DNA of 64,000 bases from Octopus vulgaris (GCA_951406725.2 OX597815.1:42222001-42286000); one strand, 5' to 3'; counted from the stretch's first letter, positions 40,265-54,955 are shown. Notes: generated by a model from the sequence alone, not told the origin. Numbers and translations: made by a program.

Positions 40265-40605
40265 GTGCATGGCTCAGTGGTTAGAGCAATGAGCTCATAG
40301 TTATTAGGTAGTGAGTTCAATTTCCGGACCGGGCTGTGTGCTGTGTTCTTGAGCAAGATACTTTCTTTCACGTTGTTCCAGTTCACTCAGCTGTAGACAT
40401 GAGTTGCGACGTCTCTGGTGTCAAGTTGTATCGGCCTTTGTCTTTCCCTTGCATAACATCGGTGGCCTAGAGAGGTGAGGCTGGAATGTATGGGCAACTG
40501 CTGGACTTCCATAAATAATCTTGCCCGGATTTATACTTCGGAGGGTAACCTTCTAGGTGCAGTCCCGTGATCATTTATAATCGAAGGGCGTCTTTACCAT
40601 TTTAC
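40265..40605 (+). mobile_element. tRNA-headed SINE related to family C, with a different tail
   Basis: tggctcagtggttagagc A-box, gagttcaatt B-box and tgtgttcttgagcaagatacttt..cactcagctg are shared with 46405; the 3' half appears unrelated. Confidence 0.8.
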
Positions 40606-40808
40606 CCTTTCGCTTCGAACTCGATACTTATTCATTGTGTCCGAAAACGACTTAAAACGAGCAAGTTCTTTTCCGATCTGCAGCAATTGCAGTAGAGCTG
40701 TGTTAATGATCATCTTGCAGTTGTAACGCCTCTATCGATGCTGATCGTATGTTAATATGTATGTACAGATACACACACACACGCGCACACACACACACAC
40801 ACATACAT

Positions 40809-40868
<60 letters not shown>

Positions 40869-41143
40869 GTACACACACACATATGCATGAGTGTGTGTGT
40901 GTTTGTGTATGTGCAAGCTATCTCCAACTTTGAGGATCATCACCTTGAAGGAGAAAAGAGCCTAGTAGAAATCCAGGTCCAGTCTATCCCCAGATGACAG
41001 AGACCACTTCTGAAACGTCTGCAACAGGACTTAAAAATCCTGGTCAGGTCTGAATTCCTACATCAGGTGAGTAGTATCCTGCAGAACTTTTATTCATCGA
41101 AGGACGGAAGTCCAACAACAACAATAACAACAACAACAACAAC

Positions 41144-41224
<81 letters not shown>

Positions 41225-42329
41225 GAACACACGAACAAACTGACCTAACAAAAACTCCAGATATGACCTGGATGAGCCAATGTGAATTCCCCAATTTTAG
41301 AAATCTCTTCTGTAAAAATTAAGTAGTCAGAATTGATTTAAGCATATTTGCAAGGCTTTTCATACACTCTCTTCTATCGATTAGACCTCGAATAATTCCA
41401 GATGCAATTCTAGTTGACCACTAACACTAAAAAGCCGCCAAGAGCGCCCCTTGGCAACCGAAGAACGCTGGTCGTCTGACACTAGCCAGGGCTTAAACAA
41501 TCCACTTACCTATAGGTTCTGTCTTCAGTACTATTTACGTGCAGGACTACAAACATACCATCAAGTCTCAGGAAGACGGTTTTTTGACTCGAGATCCAGG
41601 CTTACTGAAATATCAATACCGCTAAACTTAACACAGGCCAATCGAAAAAGGTCATCACTAGGAAGTACGAATGCATGCGTACCAAGAATTCTGCTCACGT
41701 TGATTGCTACACAATATCCTGTGAAGTTTTATAAGTAATGAGAATTTTAGTTCTGTGTCCATCTTTATCTTTGTGACCTGAGTCAGTTAAGTACATGACT
41801 TCTTTGAAACCCACCTTCAGTAATGTACATCTATGCAAGCTAAACTTAATATGATTATTCAGGTACATAATAGAGAAAGTGGGAAAAGGTTTTTGTGTTA
41901 CATCGGAATGGGCCTACTTACGCGAGGAATTTATTAACGAGCCGAGCTTTTGCTGACTTCTAATCTTGTCAGACTGATGACAATGTCTTCAGAAAAGTTT
42001 GCAGATTACCGGGTTTTGCAAGATTTCATCGACGAGCCATGTACTACTATATTATTGTTGTTTTCTATTGGTTATCCCTTCAAGTTATTGTTATTCCATC
42101 GCCATTTCTAATATTGCTTTGTTTTTGTTGACATGATTGTTTGCCTTCACGTTTCTCTATTTTTGATGTTCTAGTAGTTGCTTTTATTGTGAATACTGCA
42201 CGAAGTTACAGATTTAGTTCTTGTCCATGATGTTGTTCTGGTCGGTGGCTAGTTGACAAAATCCCAACTCTTTTTGTTTTCAGGTTTATGTAACTTTACA
42301 TTTCATTTCTTCTTCCTCTGGCAGATATA

Positions 42330-43400
42330 TTGTATATGAAAGCTTATTTATTAACCGGACAGTGTTGGCAAGTCGATGTCTACAAGAAAGACATAGATAG
42401 TAGGGAAGAAATCCAGATGACCGACGTTCTGGAGACGAAATATTGGGCACAGTAATAAGTGGGGAGCTTGTAGTAGGGGGTAGAATAATAATAATGACTA
42501 GAGGAAGAGTGCTGAATGAATCTGATGGGGGTGACATAAGTTCAAGTAGTTTCGGGCAATAGAGGTCGCTGAAGTAGTAGTAGAAAAAAGCAGATAAAGG
42601 AAACAGTACAACTGTGTTCCTGAAGTTGAACTTTGTTAGCCAGCGAGGTCATGTCAATCAGCCAGGTGGCCTTTTTTGGGTGCGTTCAAAGATATGTTTG
42701 TGTAGTTTCGGTATCACTCAAATTTTGTAACAGCTATTAGGGGATGAAATATTTTCTAGTCTTGAAGAGGAAGGCCACGCTTTTGTGGAACAATTTTTGC
42801 TATGTTGAAGATGTACGTTCGCCATGAAACATCTTTAATAATAGTGACGTTTAGCGGCCTTGAGGATTCTAGTTGCATGCTATTCTTGTTTAGACGTGTT
42901 GGGGATACGATATTGTTTTCATGATATGAGTAGTGATTGTATCCTTGTCCTGTTGAACGAAACAATATTGATATTACTCCTATTGGAGAGTGTTTTCAAG
43001 GTCTCTCTTCATAGAGCCAGTGAAGGTTTCGCGTGAGGTGTACAAGCTGTATGTGAGTAATACTTTGGTACAGATAGAAGGAATGATAGTATCATTTGCA
43101 TACTAGTGAGCGTGACTGGAACTGTAGGAAGAAAAGTGGAGGTAAAAAAAAAAGAAACTTGAAAATTCTAGATTTAGAAAGTAAGTGAAAGAAAGCTTCA
43201 TCAGCACACGCTTCGATTATACGATTTGATAGGAACTACTGATCCATGGAACGAGTGCGATGTAGTTTTGTTAGGAGATTCGCGTGCCAGGTATGGTCGA
43301 ATGTTTGGCTGATGTCAAGTGCAATGATAGTTTTCATTAAATTTTTGCTGCCATCTCACTTTCCACTCTTTTCTGTCTCGATGATGATGATGTCGGTGGC
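42330..43400 (-). pseudogene. Heavily decayed Jockey/CR1-like LINE reverse transcriptase
   Basis: Minus fragments IIALDISQTFDHTWHANLLTKL (LDISKAFDRVWH motif) and VTIIKDVSWRTYIFNIAK..FLFKTRKYF. Confidence 0.7.
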
Positions 43401-44094
43401 GGTAACAAAAATAGTAGTTGTCGAGGTTTTGTTATTGATGCCACTGTTGTTGGTGCTGCCGCTGATGCTGATTGGGACAATTATAGTCCATCGCGTGCTC
43501 TTCTCTCTGAGGACTGTTACTGTTGTCGATACTAGCTTTGTCATAGTCGGTGTCAGTGGAAATAGTGTGAACGGCAGGACTACTACGTTCCTTGACAATG
43601 CTGGTAGTAATGTTGTTGCACCGGATTTCCGTGAGGTCGGTGATGGAGGTCTTACTGATATAACTGTCACATGATTTGTTGGTAAACTTTGTCTTCACTT
43701 GTTGATTTGCTATCACAATACACCGCTCCACACGTTTACTATCTGTGTGTCTATTTCTCTCTTATTGGGAACTATTACTACAACCATCTTTGTTTTATTT
43801 TATAACTTTGTTAAAAAAAAAACTTTCAATTAAGGAACAAATCTAACCTTCATAAAACAGCAAAGCGAAACTGACCATTTCTTGACAATCATGGCCAACG
43901 TAACAAACAAGAATAACGATAAGTAATAATTCCGTTGTACAGCAGAATCAAAATAAGTTAGTGAAACTTATAGAACGAGAGATTGACATGACAGGCAGCG
44001 AAAAGCAGTTGATAAATATAATAACAATAATTGTTATTACCAAATAGTTTTTGAATTCTCACTACAGATGTTTCAATAGTCGTATACTCTTATA

Positions 44095-44490
44095 CTATTT
44101 TACTTGTTTACTTGTTTCAGTGGCTATGCTGGAGCAGCGCCTTCAGTCGAGCAAATCGACCCCAGGACTTATTCTTTGTAAGCCTAGTAATTATTCTATC
44201 GGTCTCTTTTGCCGAACCGCTAAGTTACGGGGACATAAACACACCAGCATCGGTTGTCAAGCGATGTTGGGGGGGGGGGGCAAACACAGACACACAAACA
44301 TATACTCACACACATATATACAAATATACAACAGGCTTCTTTCAGTTTCCGTCTGCCAAATCCACTCACAATGTTTTGGTCGGCCCGAGCTATAGTAGAA
44401 GACACTTGCCCAAGGTGCTACGCAGTGGGACTGAACCCGGAACCATGTGGTTGGTAAGCAAGCTACTTACCACACAGCCACTCCTGCGCC
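44095..44490 (-). mobile_element. SINE family A, full length (followed by a family B copy at 44515-44725)
   Basis: Reverse complement of 5043-5441. Confidence 0.93.
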
Positions 44491-46404
44491 TATATAAGCT
44501 TTTTTTTTTACCTTTCTACAATAGGCACAAGGTTTGAGATTTTTGGGGAAGGGGATAGTCGATTACATCCACTCCAGTACTCAACTGGTACTTATTTTGT
44601 CAGTCCCGAAAGAAAGAAAGACAAAATCGACCTAGGTGGGATTTGAGCCAAGAAGGTAACGAGTCAGAAGAAATGCCGCTAAGCTGTTTGTTCAACGTGT
44701 CAACAATTCTGCTAGCTCGCCACCCTTCCGTTGTAGTCCATCATTCAGAGATTTAATTTCTGGGAAATTACATATCAGCTCAACCGGAGCAGCAGTTAGA
44801 TTATTAATTTAATCTTATAGTCTTGGGCAGGATAATGAGCTTCATGACGAAGAAAAAGAAATCAACTAAATCATGAAGAGAATTTTAAATGAATGAATTA
44901 TATTTCTTCTGGAAATACAAATAAAATATTTTAAAAATGTCATGATTAGTTAATTACAAAAAGTTGGTTTTTAACAGTTTCTCAGTGAAATTGCGAATAT
45001 TTAAAATAAATATCTTCTACAAACCAACGAAGAAACTCCTGACAAGTTGTTCTACCGGCTGGAAATAACAACCAAGTTTCATTTAACCCTTTTGTGATAC
45101 ACGGTGGTTTGGTATGTGTTGCCAAAAAAAAATTTTTTTTCTATTGCGATACATCTGCTGAAAGACGATCTCTGATTAGCTATTACACTTCAAGACCAAC
45201 CATTCACAACATTTGTTTCCATCGGGCTGATGGATCGGCCTCAAAGTCCTTTTAGCTTGTATCACTTGGGCTGAACAATCGGTCTGAGTGTCCCTTATCA
45301 TCAAGAAAAAAGAAAAAGAAGGATACATTAAATAATAGGGACCGTGATGATTCTTAAAAGATGGAATAAAGTCGATTGGAATGGATTTCATCACAGGTCG
45401 GCAGAAACACTTTTGGGATCAAGCTAAAGAAGAAAATCCTCTTCATTCATATTTTGGAACAAAGTTTCGTAGTGATAGTAGAGGAGTACCAACATTCAAT
45501 AATGCAATATGTTTGTTGTTATATTATTAGACTAAAAATCAAAAACAAATTGCCGAAGACTATTACTATTTAAATATTGCAGGGTAGGGTCAATTTAACT
45601 GGTGGTGGAGGACAGGACCCAGAGGCAATACATGTGGAAGTAAAAGCTGCTTGAGGGTCTCTGGCTAGCATCAAAGAAATAAAAACGTGTTAAGCAGCAG
45701 TAAAAGCGGCGAAGATAAGAGGCTTCAGAGGTGATCATGGCAATAGCTGTGGTTAGAACTTCTGTTTCTAAGAGCACTATCAATTGTAGCTCGGAAGGCA
45801 GCTAGTACGGAAAGAAAAACAAGTGGAACTGTCCCATGCTCAATATCATCAGCATCAAAGGACGGCGAGAAACCAAGAGACTGCCCCTCCTGTACAGGAA
45901 CAGGCAGAGAAACTGCAGCAGTTCCGTATTATAGTTTTGCTCCAAGTATGAGGAGGCGATGGGGACTGGAAAAATATGTGAAACTATCAAGAACAGCAAA
46001 AATTGAAAAATAAAAGAAGGAATAGGCACACAAAAGGAATAGGCACAGACCAAAAGAAAGAATGATACTGCAAGCAACCTACTAATTGCTATCTGAAGAG
46101 CCAAGTAGAAGGACGTGACCGTTGTTGAAGTTAACAACGGTAGCCTAACAGAACTGCTAAATAATCTAAAAGAGAAAAAACGCACTGTGCACTTTGAAGA
46201 AGAGATAGGAATTGAATACATTGAACCCTAAATATAAAAAATGTAGAAAACTGCATAGAGATTCCCTCGTTGGCTCATTACTGGTTAGTGATTGTGTTTT
46301 GAATGTATTGTATGTACTGTGTATTTGGTGTTATGTGTACTAGTGTCGGATGATTATTGTGTAGAATATATACCGTGATGATTGTCTTACGTTATGGAAA
46401 TGTG

Positions 46405-46722
46405 AAAGCGCGTGGCTCAGTGGTTAGGGTATTCGACTCAGGTTCGTAAGAGCGTGAGTTCAATTCCCGGTGACACGTTGTGTCCTTGAACCAGACAATT
46501 TATTTAACGGTGCTTCAGTCCACTCAGATGGCAAAAATGAGTAGTCCTGTATTTCAAAGGGCCAGCCTTGTCACATTCTGTGTTACATTGAGTCTCCCCG
46601 AGAATTGCGTTAAGGGTACGCGTGTCTGTGGAGTGCTCAGCCGCTTTCACGGTAATTTCTCGAGCAGGTTGTTTCGTTGATCGGCTCAACTGGAACTATC
46701 GTCATCGTAACCGACAGTGCTA
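46405..46722 (+). mobile_element. SINE family C, full length
   Basis: tRNA-like head gcgtggctcagtggttaggg; the tail tcagcc.ctt.cacg.taattt..cgagca..gttgatcgg.tcaactg is also at 9995-10078. Confidence 0.85.
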
Positions 46723-47344
46723 GTTAATGGAATTGGGGCACTTGTGTAAAATATATGTTTCAAATGTCTGTTGTTCATAAGTCATAGTGTCAAATGGTGG
46801 TTATGTAAGAGTGTATTATTTCCTTAGAAGGTAATTGTGTATCGTGTGCGCCGTGTTTAATTATTGGCTGGTAGTTCTGTAGAATACGTTATTAGATGGT
46901 GATTGTGTAGTATGTGTAGCGAGTTGTACAGAAAATTTTCTATGTAAGTTCTATAACTAAGTCATGCATACGTTGATTGTAACTAGCATAACTTTTGTTT
47001 GGACTGTGTATGTGTATTTGTGATTACATGAATGATTTTTAAAGTTTTTACTTATGTTTTTTTATCATATATAGTGATCCAGCTGAAGCTGCTGCTTTTC
47101 TTTCATAGACTACGTGTTATTTATTTCCATTTCTGTAACCTCATATTATGAGAACTTTTTGGCTTTTTTCCTGTGATATTTTGGTTAGATGTGAAGTGAA
47201 CGGAATGAATAGTTCTCGTTCTTGATAATTATATCTGGACGATTTGCTGTAAGAGAAGTGAATAATTAAATTCATGCTGGGATTGACGTAATCTATTTCA
47301 CCCCTTTCCAAAATAAGCGGTCTTGTGTTTTTGTGTGAAACCAT

Positions 47345-47865
47345 TAATGTGAGGATCACCGGCCTCTTTTAACCGGGAAGAGCAAGCAGTTTTCTTCCAG
47401 CTTGTGACTATGGTGAAAGAGGTTGTATGGTGGACGAGCCTGAAAGGACTGAAGGCAGACACTTTCTTCTTTGGTCAAGTCCCCAACGTCTCTTACAAGG
47501 TCCGCTTGGAAAGGAAGGTGGGAGTGAAGAGACAAGTGCTCTCATCCAGTAAATTTGTTAAGAGGTGGCTTACTGTGGCTTAAATGGCAAGGGCGAACGG
47601 GTCCACTCTCAGCATGCGCCTGTATGTTGAAGAATGCCAAAGAGGTTTCTTGATGGGTCACGGGTTTTCTTGTAACAGGAGGAGTGTATTATCATTTAAT
47701 TGCCTTCTGTTTATTCCTTATTTTTTTGTTAATATTTTATTTCGATTATATTTTTACCCAATTCGATTTCCATGTAATCCCACACACTTTATGTAAATTG
47801 TTTTTGCAATATTCTCTTTATCTGATGTTGTTATGACAAATAAAAGAATCCCCCTCATCATCATT
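47345..47865 (+). mobile_element. L1/Tx1-like LINE 3' end (ORF2 C-terminus and 3' UTR)
   Basis: Translation AVFFQLVTMVKEVVWWTSLKGL..RLERKV..KFVKRWL resembles Tx1 ORF2 C-termini; T-rich UTR and AATAAA before a trinucleotide tail. Confidence 0.6.
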
Positions 47866-48493
47866 GTCAGTAGCAGCAGCAGCAGCAGCCGTTCAAGAAT
47901 TTGGACCTGGAGATCTCCATTTCCGGCGACTTTGAGGGCCACCTCCCTGTGGTGTCGGACGTCAACGAAGAGCACTCGACTACAACAAGACGACCAAAGT
48001 TTTTTTTTCCAAGGTCTGGGGTCTCCCGCCCCTAAGCCCTAGACTATCACTTAATCACCTTTACCCGTCTTGTTGCTTAACAACAACAACAACAACAACA
48101 GTAGCAGCAACAGCACCACCACCACCACCACCACTACCACCACCATCATCATCATTATGTGTTTGTAGGATTAACTTACATGGCTATGTGGAAAGAAGCT
48201 TCCTTCCCAACTACATGGTTCCGGGTTTAGACCCACTGCGTGGCACCATGGGCAAGTGCCTCCTACTATAGCCACGGGCTGACTAAAGCCTTGTGAGTGA
48301 ATTTGATAGACGAAAACTGAAAAAAAAACCCGTCTTATATATACACAGACATGCAAGAAGTAAATAGATACGTTTGATTTTCAAAATATTTGATTTAAGC
48401 GTCTTAATATGTTTCTAGCGGTGTACAGTTTACAATGTAATTATTCTTTTTCATTCCAGATGCCATTATATTAAACATTTGCGAAGAGTAACC

Positions 48494-49460
48494 ATGCCAA
48501 GCACAAAAAATTCAGCAGAACTGTCAGATTTTCAAAGAGGTCGTATTGTTGGGCAATCTGAGGCGAAAAATTGCCGAAAATGTTCAAATTCCTCTTCTAC
48601 TGTTAATAGAATTATTGTGCGATTCAAAAGCCAAGGAAAAGGATCAACAGATGCTCGTCCCGGCCGACCTGCGCCCTCGGAAAGGAAGCTTCGCTGTTTG
48701 AAGAGAATTGCGGAAAACGAACCCCGTAAGAAGGCTTCTGACATTGCAAAACAACTAGAAGTTAGTCCAAGGACGTGTGTTACATATCTACATAAGCTTG
48801 GGTATTATGGACGAGCAGCTTGAAGAAAGCCTCTCCTTCAACCAATTAATATCATGAAAAGAAAGATATGGGCTAAAGAGATGTCAGAAAAATCCAGATC
48901 TGCATTATTTTCAGACAGTGGACGTGTTTCGGTCTGGAGGCTTCCCAATCAAAAATTTGATTTGAAACGACTCCAACCAATTGTGAAACATGGTGGTATC
49001 TCTGTAATGGTATGGGGAGCTGTCACCAGCAATGGTCGTTCTGAGCCGATCGAATGTGTTTGAACCATAAACTCTGAAAAATACATCGAAATACTTAAGC
49101 GAGGACTACTTCCAATGTATTCACACGATAACATAACGAAAAATGAGTTATTATTCATGGATGATGGGGCTCTGTGCCACAGAGCGAGAAGAAATCAACA
49201 ATGACTGACTGAAAATGGGATCAAAAATCTTCCTTGGTGGAGCCAATCTCCTGATATGAACCCAATTGAAAATCTTTGGAGCATACTAGATAGTGCTATA
49301 CGAAAAACTCAACAGAAACCTAAATCTAAAGATGAATTGCTTCGATTGTTGCGTGAAAAGTGGTCAGAAATTCCACAAGAGACAATCACAAAGCTCATCA
49401 GTTCAATGCCAAAAAGAGTTTCTGAACTAAAAACTGCAAAGGGAATGTCAACTAAATGTA
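48494..49460 (+). pseudogene. Tc1 (DD34E) transposase pseudogene
   Basis: [49 protein letters not shown]; in-frame stops, and a deletion spanning the first catalytic Asp region. Confidence 0.95.
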
Positions 49461-49475
49461 TGTTATATATATATA

Positions 49476-49613
49476 CGTGTAATCCCTGGTGATTTTATTA
49501 AGTATTTGTCTGGGTTTTTTTATCATACCTAATGCGCCTCCCATGATAGGAATTGTTTCTGCTTTTAGGTTCCACATTCGACTTACCTCTATTTCCAGAT
49601 CTTTGTATTTTGA
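49476..49613 (-). mobile_element. R4/Dong-like non-LTR element, endonuclease C-terminal fragment
   Basis: EMENVSKYKDLEIEVSRMWNLKAETIPIMGGALGMIKK fits the K..KY..L..W..P..GALG REL-domain motif. Confidence 0.8.
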
Positions 49614-49769
49614 AACATTTTCCATTTCTTCCACTCCTTTTCATTGTATATCATGTATACATACTCTTTTGTTGTTTATTTATTTTATCATTTCATTATA
49701 TGTAAACCCCATACTTTATATCTGTTTTGAATTTCCCCCTCGTCCTTCGCCCTGATAAAGCCAAAACAA

Positions 49770-50390
49770 TGGGAAATAGAATGCAAAGTGAATTACAAAG
49801 TGGAAAAGAGAACAACAGTTGAAATTTTACATTGCATTTTTATATTTCGGGGTTATGACCCCTTTCTCAGGACAAGTGGAGACTTAAGTGATGGAATAAG
49901 CCGTTGCTCAGACATGTGGGAGAGGATAATGACATACGCAAACTGGTGTTGTTATAATAACCAGTCTGTTTCGTGTAGCTTGTTTCTGTTGTTTAGAGCT
50001 GGTCTCAACTTGTTGATAAGGAGGGCTCCCTTGTTTCTGAGACTGCCTATATTAAATTCAATTTCTTTGATAGATACTGCGAAGTCATAGGCTTTTATAA
50101 TCTGAAGTGTTTGTGTGCATGTATTCCTTATGCAAATGTGCATTTTTCAGGTGGTGCACTCAATGTAGAATGCGCCACCTTCACTGCAGGTTACTTCATA
50201 TACCAGATAGGTCTTAGTACATTTTAAAGTTGTTGATGGAATAATTAGAGGGTGTGCACCCCAAGATGCTGTTTTGTTGTACGATTTCTAGACAGTCTAA
50301 CGTTAGTTAGATTTGCTGAGTTTGAGCTTTATATCGAGGATGAGAAGGTAGAAAGTTGAATTGTTATTTTATCTATAACAATTCTGGTTA
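49770..50390 (-). mobile_element. Penelope-like element 3' remnant: GIY-YIG endonuclease and HHR-like motif
   Basis: Minus translation CTKTYLVYEVTCSEGGAFYIECT*KMH and ALLINKLRPALN; downstream CTGAGAA-a-ggggt-cata-acccc-GAAA at 49841-49870. Confidence 0.8.
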
Positions 50391-53300
50391 AGAACGTTTG
50401 TCATTTGTTTCTGAAATGAAGACTAACAATTTTGCAGACTGATTACTATAGTGGTGACAATGGATGATATTTTGCATTACAATGTCAGCTGCCTACGTTC
50501 TTCTTCCGAGGAAAATAAAATAAAAAATAAAATAAAAAGTAAACGAAGCCATTAGTACAAATAGTATGCGAAAAGGTTATCTGACTGAACAGAAGAGACT
50601 CACCAACACATTACAGCCTCCGGCAGTACAAAAAGTGAGAGTTAACCCACTCCAAAACCCCACGCGCACTCACAAACATGCATAAACACACACATGCACA
50701 TACATACGCATGCACATACGCTTGCACATGCGCGCACACGCACACACACACACAATTACAAACACACATACATATACGTGCATACACACACTCAAGAAAG
50801 CAAAAGAAAAACAAATAAAATCGGCAACAGCTGAATGTCGACAGCAAAAACACTTACGTTAATAACAATCATGATCAAGCCAACAAGTGGGTCTCTATAT
50901 GGTTACAAAACCTGCTAGATATAGCAGCTAAATTCTCATGAAATCTACCCCGAACTGCTTTAGAAAAAGAAACGTTGAATAGTGTGATCCAGGGTTCCCT
51001 GCACGAAGGAAAAACAAGGATTGGTCAAGGCTGGAATGCTTTGGATCATATATCTGCTCAATCAGAGACGACCTGAGAATAAACACGAACAACAGTATAT
51101 CAGTGAGCCAACAAAGAAACTTTTACATGGTGATCATCTAGAAATAGTAGCCAAATTTTTTCCAGGTCATAACCCTGCCATCTTAGCAAACGGAAGACAT
51201 ATTTGATGATATAATTTTAGGCTGGTGAAATGACAGGGTTTACTCGATTTTAGAAGTGACCTGAGGCTACACTACAACTTTAGCAATAAAGACAACAGGG
51301 TAATTAGAAACATTGATGCAAGTGACCAGAATAGGAATGCGAAGGAAAGCGTTAAGAGAAAGGATGAGAAGGAAAGGAAGATATTTGCATTTGTAGTTAT
51401 CGGAATAATTCAGCACGACCTCACCTTCATGACGATATAGAAAATATGTCAATACTGTAAAAAGAGATTATATTTCCTTAGGGAAATTCTTGACAAAAGA
51501 CTGGTTGCCTCTGTCATAAAACCAAAAAGCTAGACAACCTAAAAAAGATAGACATTAAGTTGGAAATTGAATACTTTTTTGACTAAACGTAAATATTACA
51601 TGTTTGATGTAACTGAAATATTGTTTTATACAGAAGTAAAACTGCAGTTCGGGAAGCCGAACCAAATGTCTTAGAATTTGTGTATAGTAGGGGAAGATTT
51701 CTGAGATCAGAATAATAAAGACCGACAGAAATGGACTCCTGATATGTCGTGGCCTTCATGAAATATTTCGGAAAATCGGGGGACTAAATACGAACAAAAC
51801 AGAAATGGGGGTTGGTCCGGAAGGTAATTGTTTTTCTGGTCAGCTTTGAATGCTTTCGTGGAATGCAGATAGCCCATCGAACAGCTAAGCGTAACGCATA
51901 TATCTTTTGTTTCAGATATATAATGACTCTGTCTCGTTGAGAACCATAATGCATACTGTGACATGCAGTGATAAATTATATGCTACGGAGTATTACAGTC
52001 TGGGCATGAATTCTCTCCGCTATCTCGTCCAGTTCTCCAATCCTGCAGATTCTGGTTGTGGTCACAGCAGATGTGGAAAAAATGGATTCAGACCGCAATG
52101 ATGTGCATCACTATGTTTGAAGAGGTAACTATTTGTGTGAGAATGCATTTTTGTTTGTCGGACTTGAGATGCACATATGTATTTGGGTGTTAGAATAGTA
52201 GTTTGAGATCGTGGTCTACTTGACAAAGTAGACAACATCCCCGATGTTCTTATCGTGTAGACTCGGTGGCTAGGTGAGCAAAACTGGTGGGAACGGTAGG
52301 GGAGGGTAAGAAGAATCTTTAAACCTTTCATTTGTAGCATTGACGAGAACTTGGGGTCTTTCTATCGTTCTGTAAAGAGGGTTTAACTTCAAAAGCATTT
52401 TAGGCCTTAGGAAAAATACCTAACAAAATTAATTCCCTGAGAGACACTTCATAAATGTGCTTCAGATCGACAAGCCATATCTGTTTCTCACAATACATGT
52501 GACAATTGTACATTAAAGCTAAACATATTACACTGAAAGTTAGTCACATTCAAGCCTTTATTCCTAATAGTAATTCAACCTATATTTCAATCGTATTCCC
52601 GAAATATTAAAAAAAAAAATGAGCCTATTGTTTTAGCCTTATATGTTTATGTTGATTCAGTCTTTCAGTTTTTATTAGCACATTTTATTTTAGGACACAC
52701 AATTTTGGTTTGTTTCTCTACCCGCCAAGATCAAATATCTTTAGCTTTCTTTAGGATATGGTCAATGAGAACCCATCAAAGTTCAGAAACACGGTGATAA
52801 CAAAGCAATATATGTGACACCCTAGCACATCTTCGTTACACTTTTGACAGCTTGAGAATTTGATGATTTTGTTACACCAAAAGTATTCTGTTTCAACAAC
52901 TTTTCTAGTTTCTATTTAGTATATACATCGTTTCTACTGATCTTCAAAACATTTTGAGTAATAAAAATACCCCAAATAAAATGAACAAAGCAACGTGTAC
53001 AAAACCCAATGAGGAGGAAACAATAACAAAACTGTTTCTAATGACATTAAAAGAGATAGTGATATAAATCTGTCACATGCTAAATTTGCTTTCCACCTGT
53101 GATAATTGAGTCAGCATGATTATATTTATTCCCCGAGGGCTGTTTGTTTCACTATCGTAGGCCTTGCATTCACTTTCAATCCATGCCTGTCCAAACAAAG
53201 AGAGGCGTTATCGGATTTCGAACTGAAAAACCTATGTCTCCTTCACATAGGGATAAACTCTATCAGCTATCACAGCCGATATCTGTTGATATGATGTAGT

Positions 53301-53978
53301 AGACTTAAAAATAGCAACAACATATTAAAAACAATAAACAAATAAATGAGTAAACAAATCAATCGATTCATATTAAACAAATGAAAGGAAGCGTACATGG
53401 ATAGATCGCTGGAGTGACAGATGGATAGACAGATGTAAAGATAGTAACAAATAACAGCACACCGAACAGAAAAAAAAACTGTTAGAGGGAAGACGTTAAA
53501 ATGAATAATATGTAGTTAGACAGACTACACACTGCGGTTGGACAACGGTGGAAGTCATGAATAGCCAGTTGAACAAGATATAGGAGAAAAGGTTATATGT
53601 CCTCGCTCAGTTACAGCTGCTGAGGTATCGGCCGCAGTGAACAGACAGTGCGGTAGTATGCTTGTATGTTGCTAACAACGTGCATGTTTAGTTCTATTGC
53701 ATTCGATTGATGACTTAACTATTTTTCTGTGGCTCCGTTGAGGTAGGTAATTTTAAAGTATATTCTATGAGCATGTCTAAATGCATAGGTGTGCATGAGT
53801 GTGCAGAATTCGTCTGCATTTATTTGCTTTTATGTGTAACATTTGATGAGTGTATTAATATAAATTTTAAATTTATAAAATATGTTGTATACATATATGT
53901 TTGCTTATATGTATGTATATCAGCATGCATATCTGCATGCATATCTATATGCAAATGTATATGTATGTGTGTATATGC

Positions 53979-54009
<31 letters not shown>

Positions 54010-54137
54010 TGTATGTATGTATGTATGTATGTATGTATGTATGCATGTATATATGTATGTATGTATATATGTATATCTATTGTATGTAGATATTTATATC
54101 TATGTATATAAATCTATGCATATAGTTATGTGTGTGC

Positions 54138-54176
<39 letters not shown>

Positions 54177-54912
54177 CATATACAAATATATGTATACATA
54201 GTATATAGATACGTATATATATATATTCGTATATACTTATGTACATGTATGCATATAATAATATACGTTTGCATATGTATATTTATATGTCTGTACATAT
54301 ATACTTACATACGCATATGTATATGTATATACGTAAACTATATATGCATGTATATGTGCGTACTTACATGTGTGTGTGTGTGTGTGTGTGCATACATGTG
54401 CAAGTCTATGTGTGTGTGTGTATGCACATATATACAAGTATGTATATGTGTATGTTTGTGTATGTATATATATATATTTTATAGATGTTTATATATATAT
54501 TTATATACGTTTATGCGTATTTGTAAGTGCGAAAGAGAAAGAGAGAGAGAGAGACAGAGAACAGAAACAGAGATAGATAAATAGAGTGAGTGAGAGAGAG
54601 AGAGAGAGAGAGAGTAGAGAGAGAGAGAGGGAAACAAAGAAATGTTCATGCATATGCATTTACACTTATATGTGTATACGCATATATATATATTTATGCA
54701 TTCATTTAGTCTATACATTTAAATGCGAACTTGTAAGTTTTATTTGTGAAGCACTCCTGTCAATCATTGATTTATTAGAATTTATTCTGCACATGATGCA
54801 GCAGCGAACTGCAGTGTATTTACTACAATAACAACATCGTAATATTCATCATGCACAGTTTTAATTTACCATTTAAAAAAAATATTTTCTATAAGCGTAG
54901 AAGTTGCATGAC

Positions 54913-54955
<43 letters not shown>

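Noticed and set aside
40265-40340. tRNA-like sequences here and at 46405 and 30293
   Set aside because: A/B boxes belong to SINE heads; no complete cloverleaf, and each continues into a SINE body.
45170-46260. Purine-rich block that may be a LINE ORF1/gag remnant
   Set aside because: No intact zinc knuckle or other diagnostic motif found by eye.
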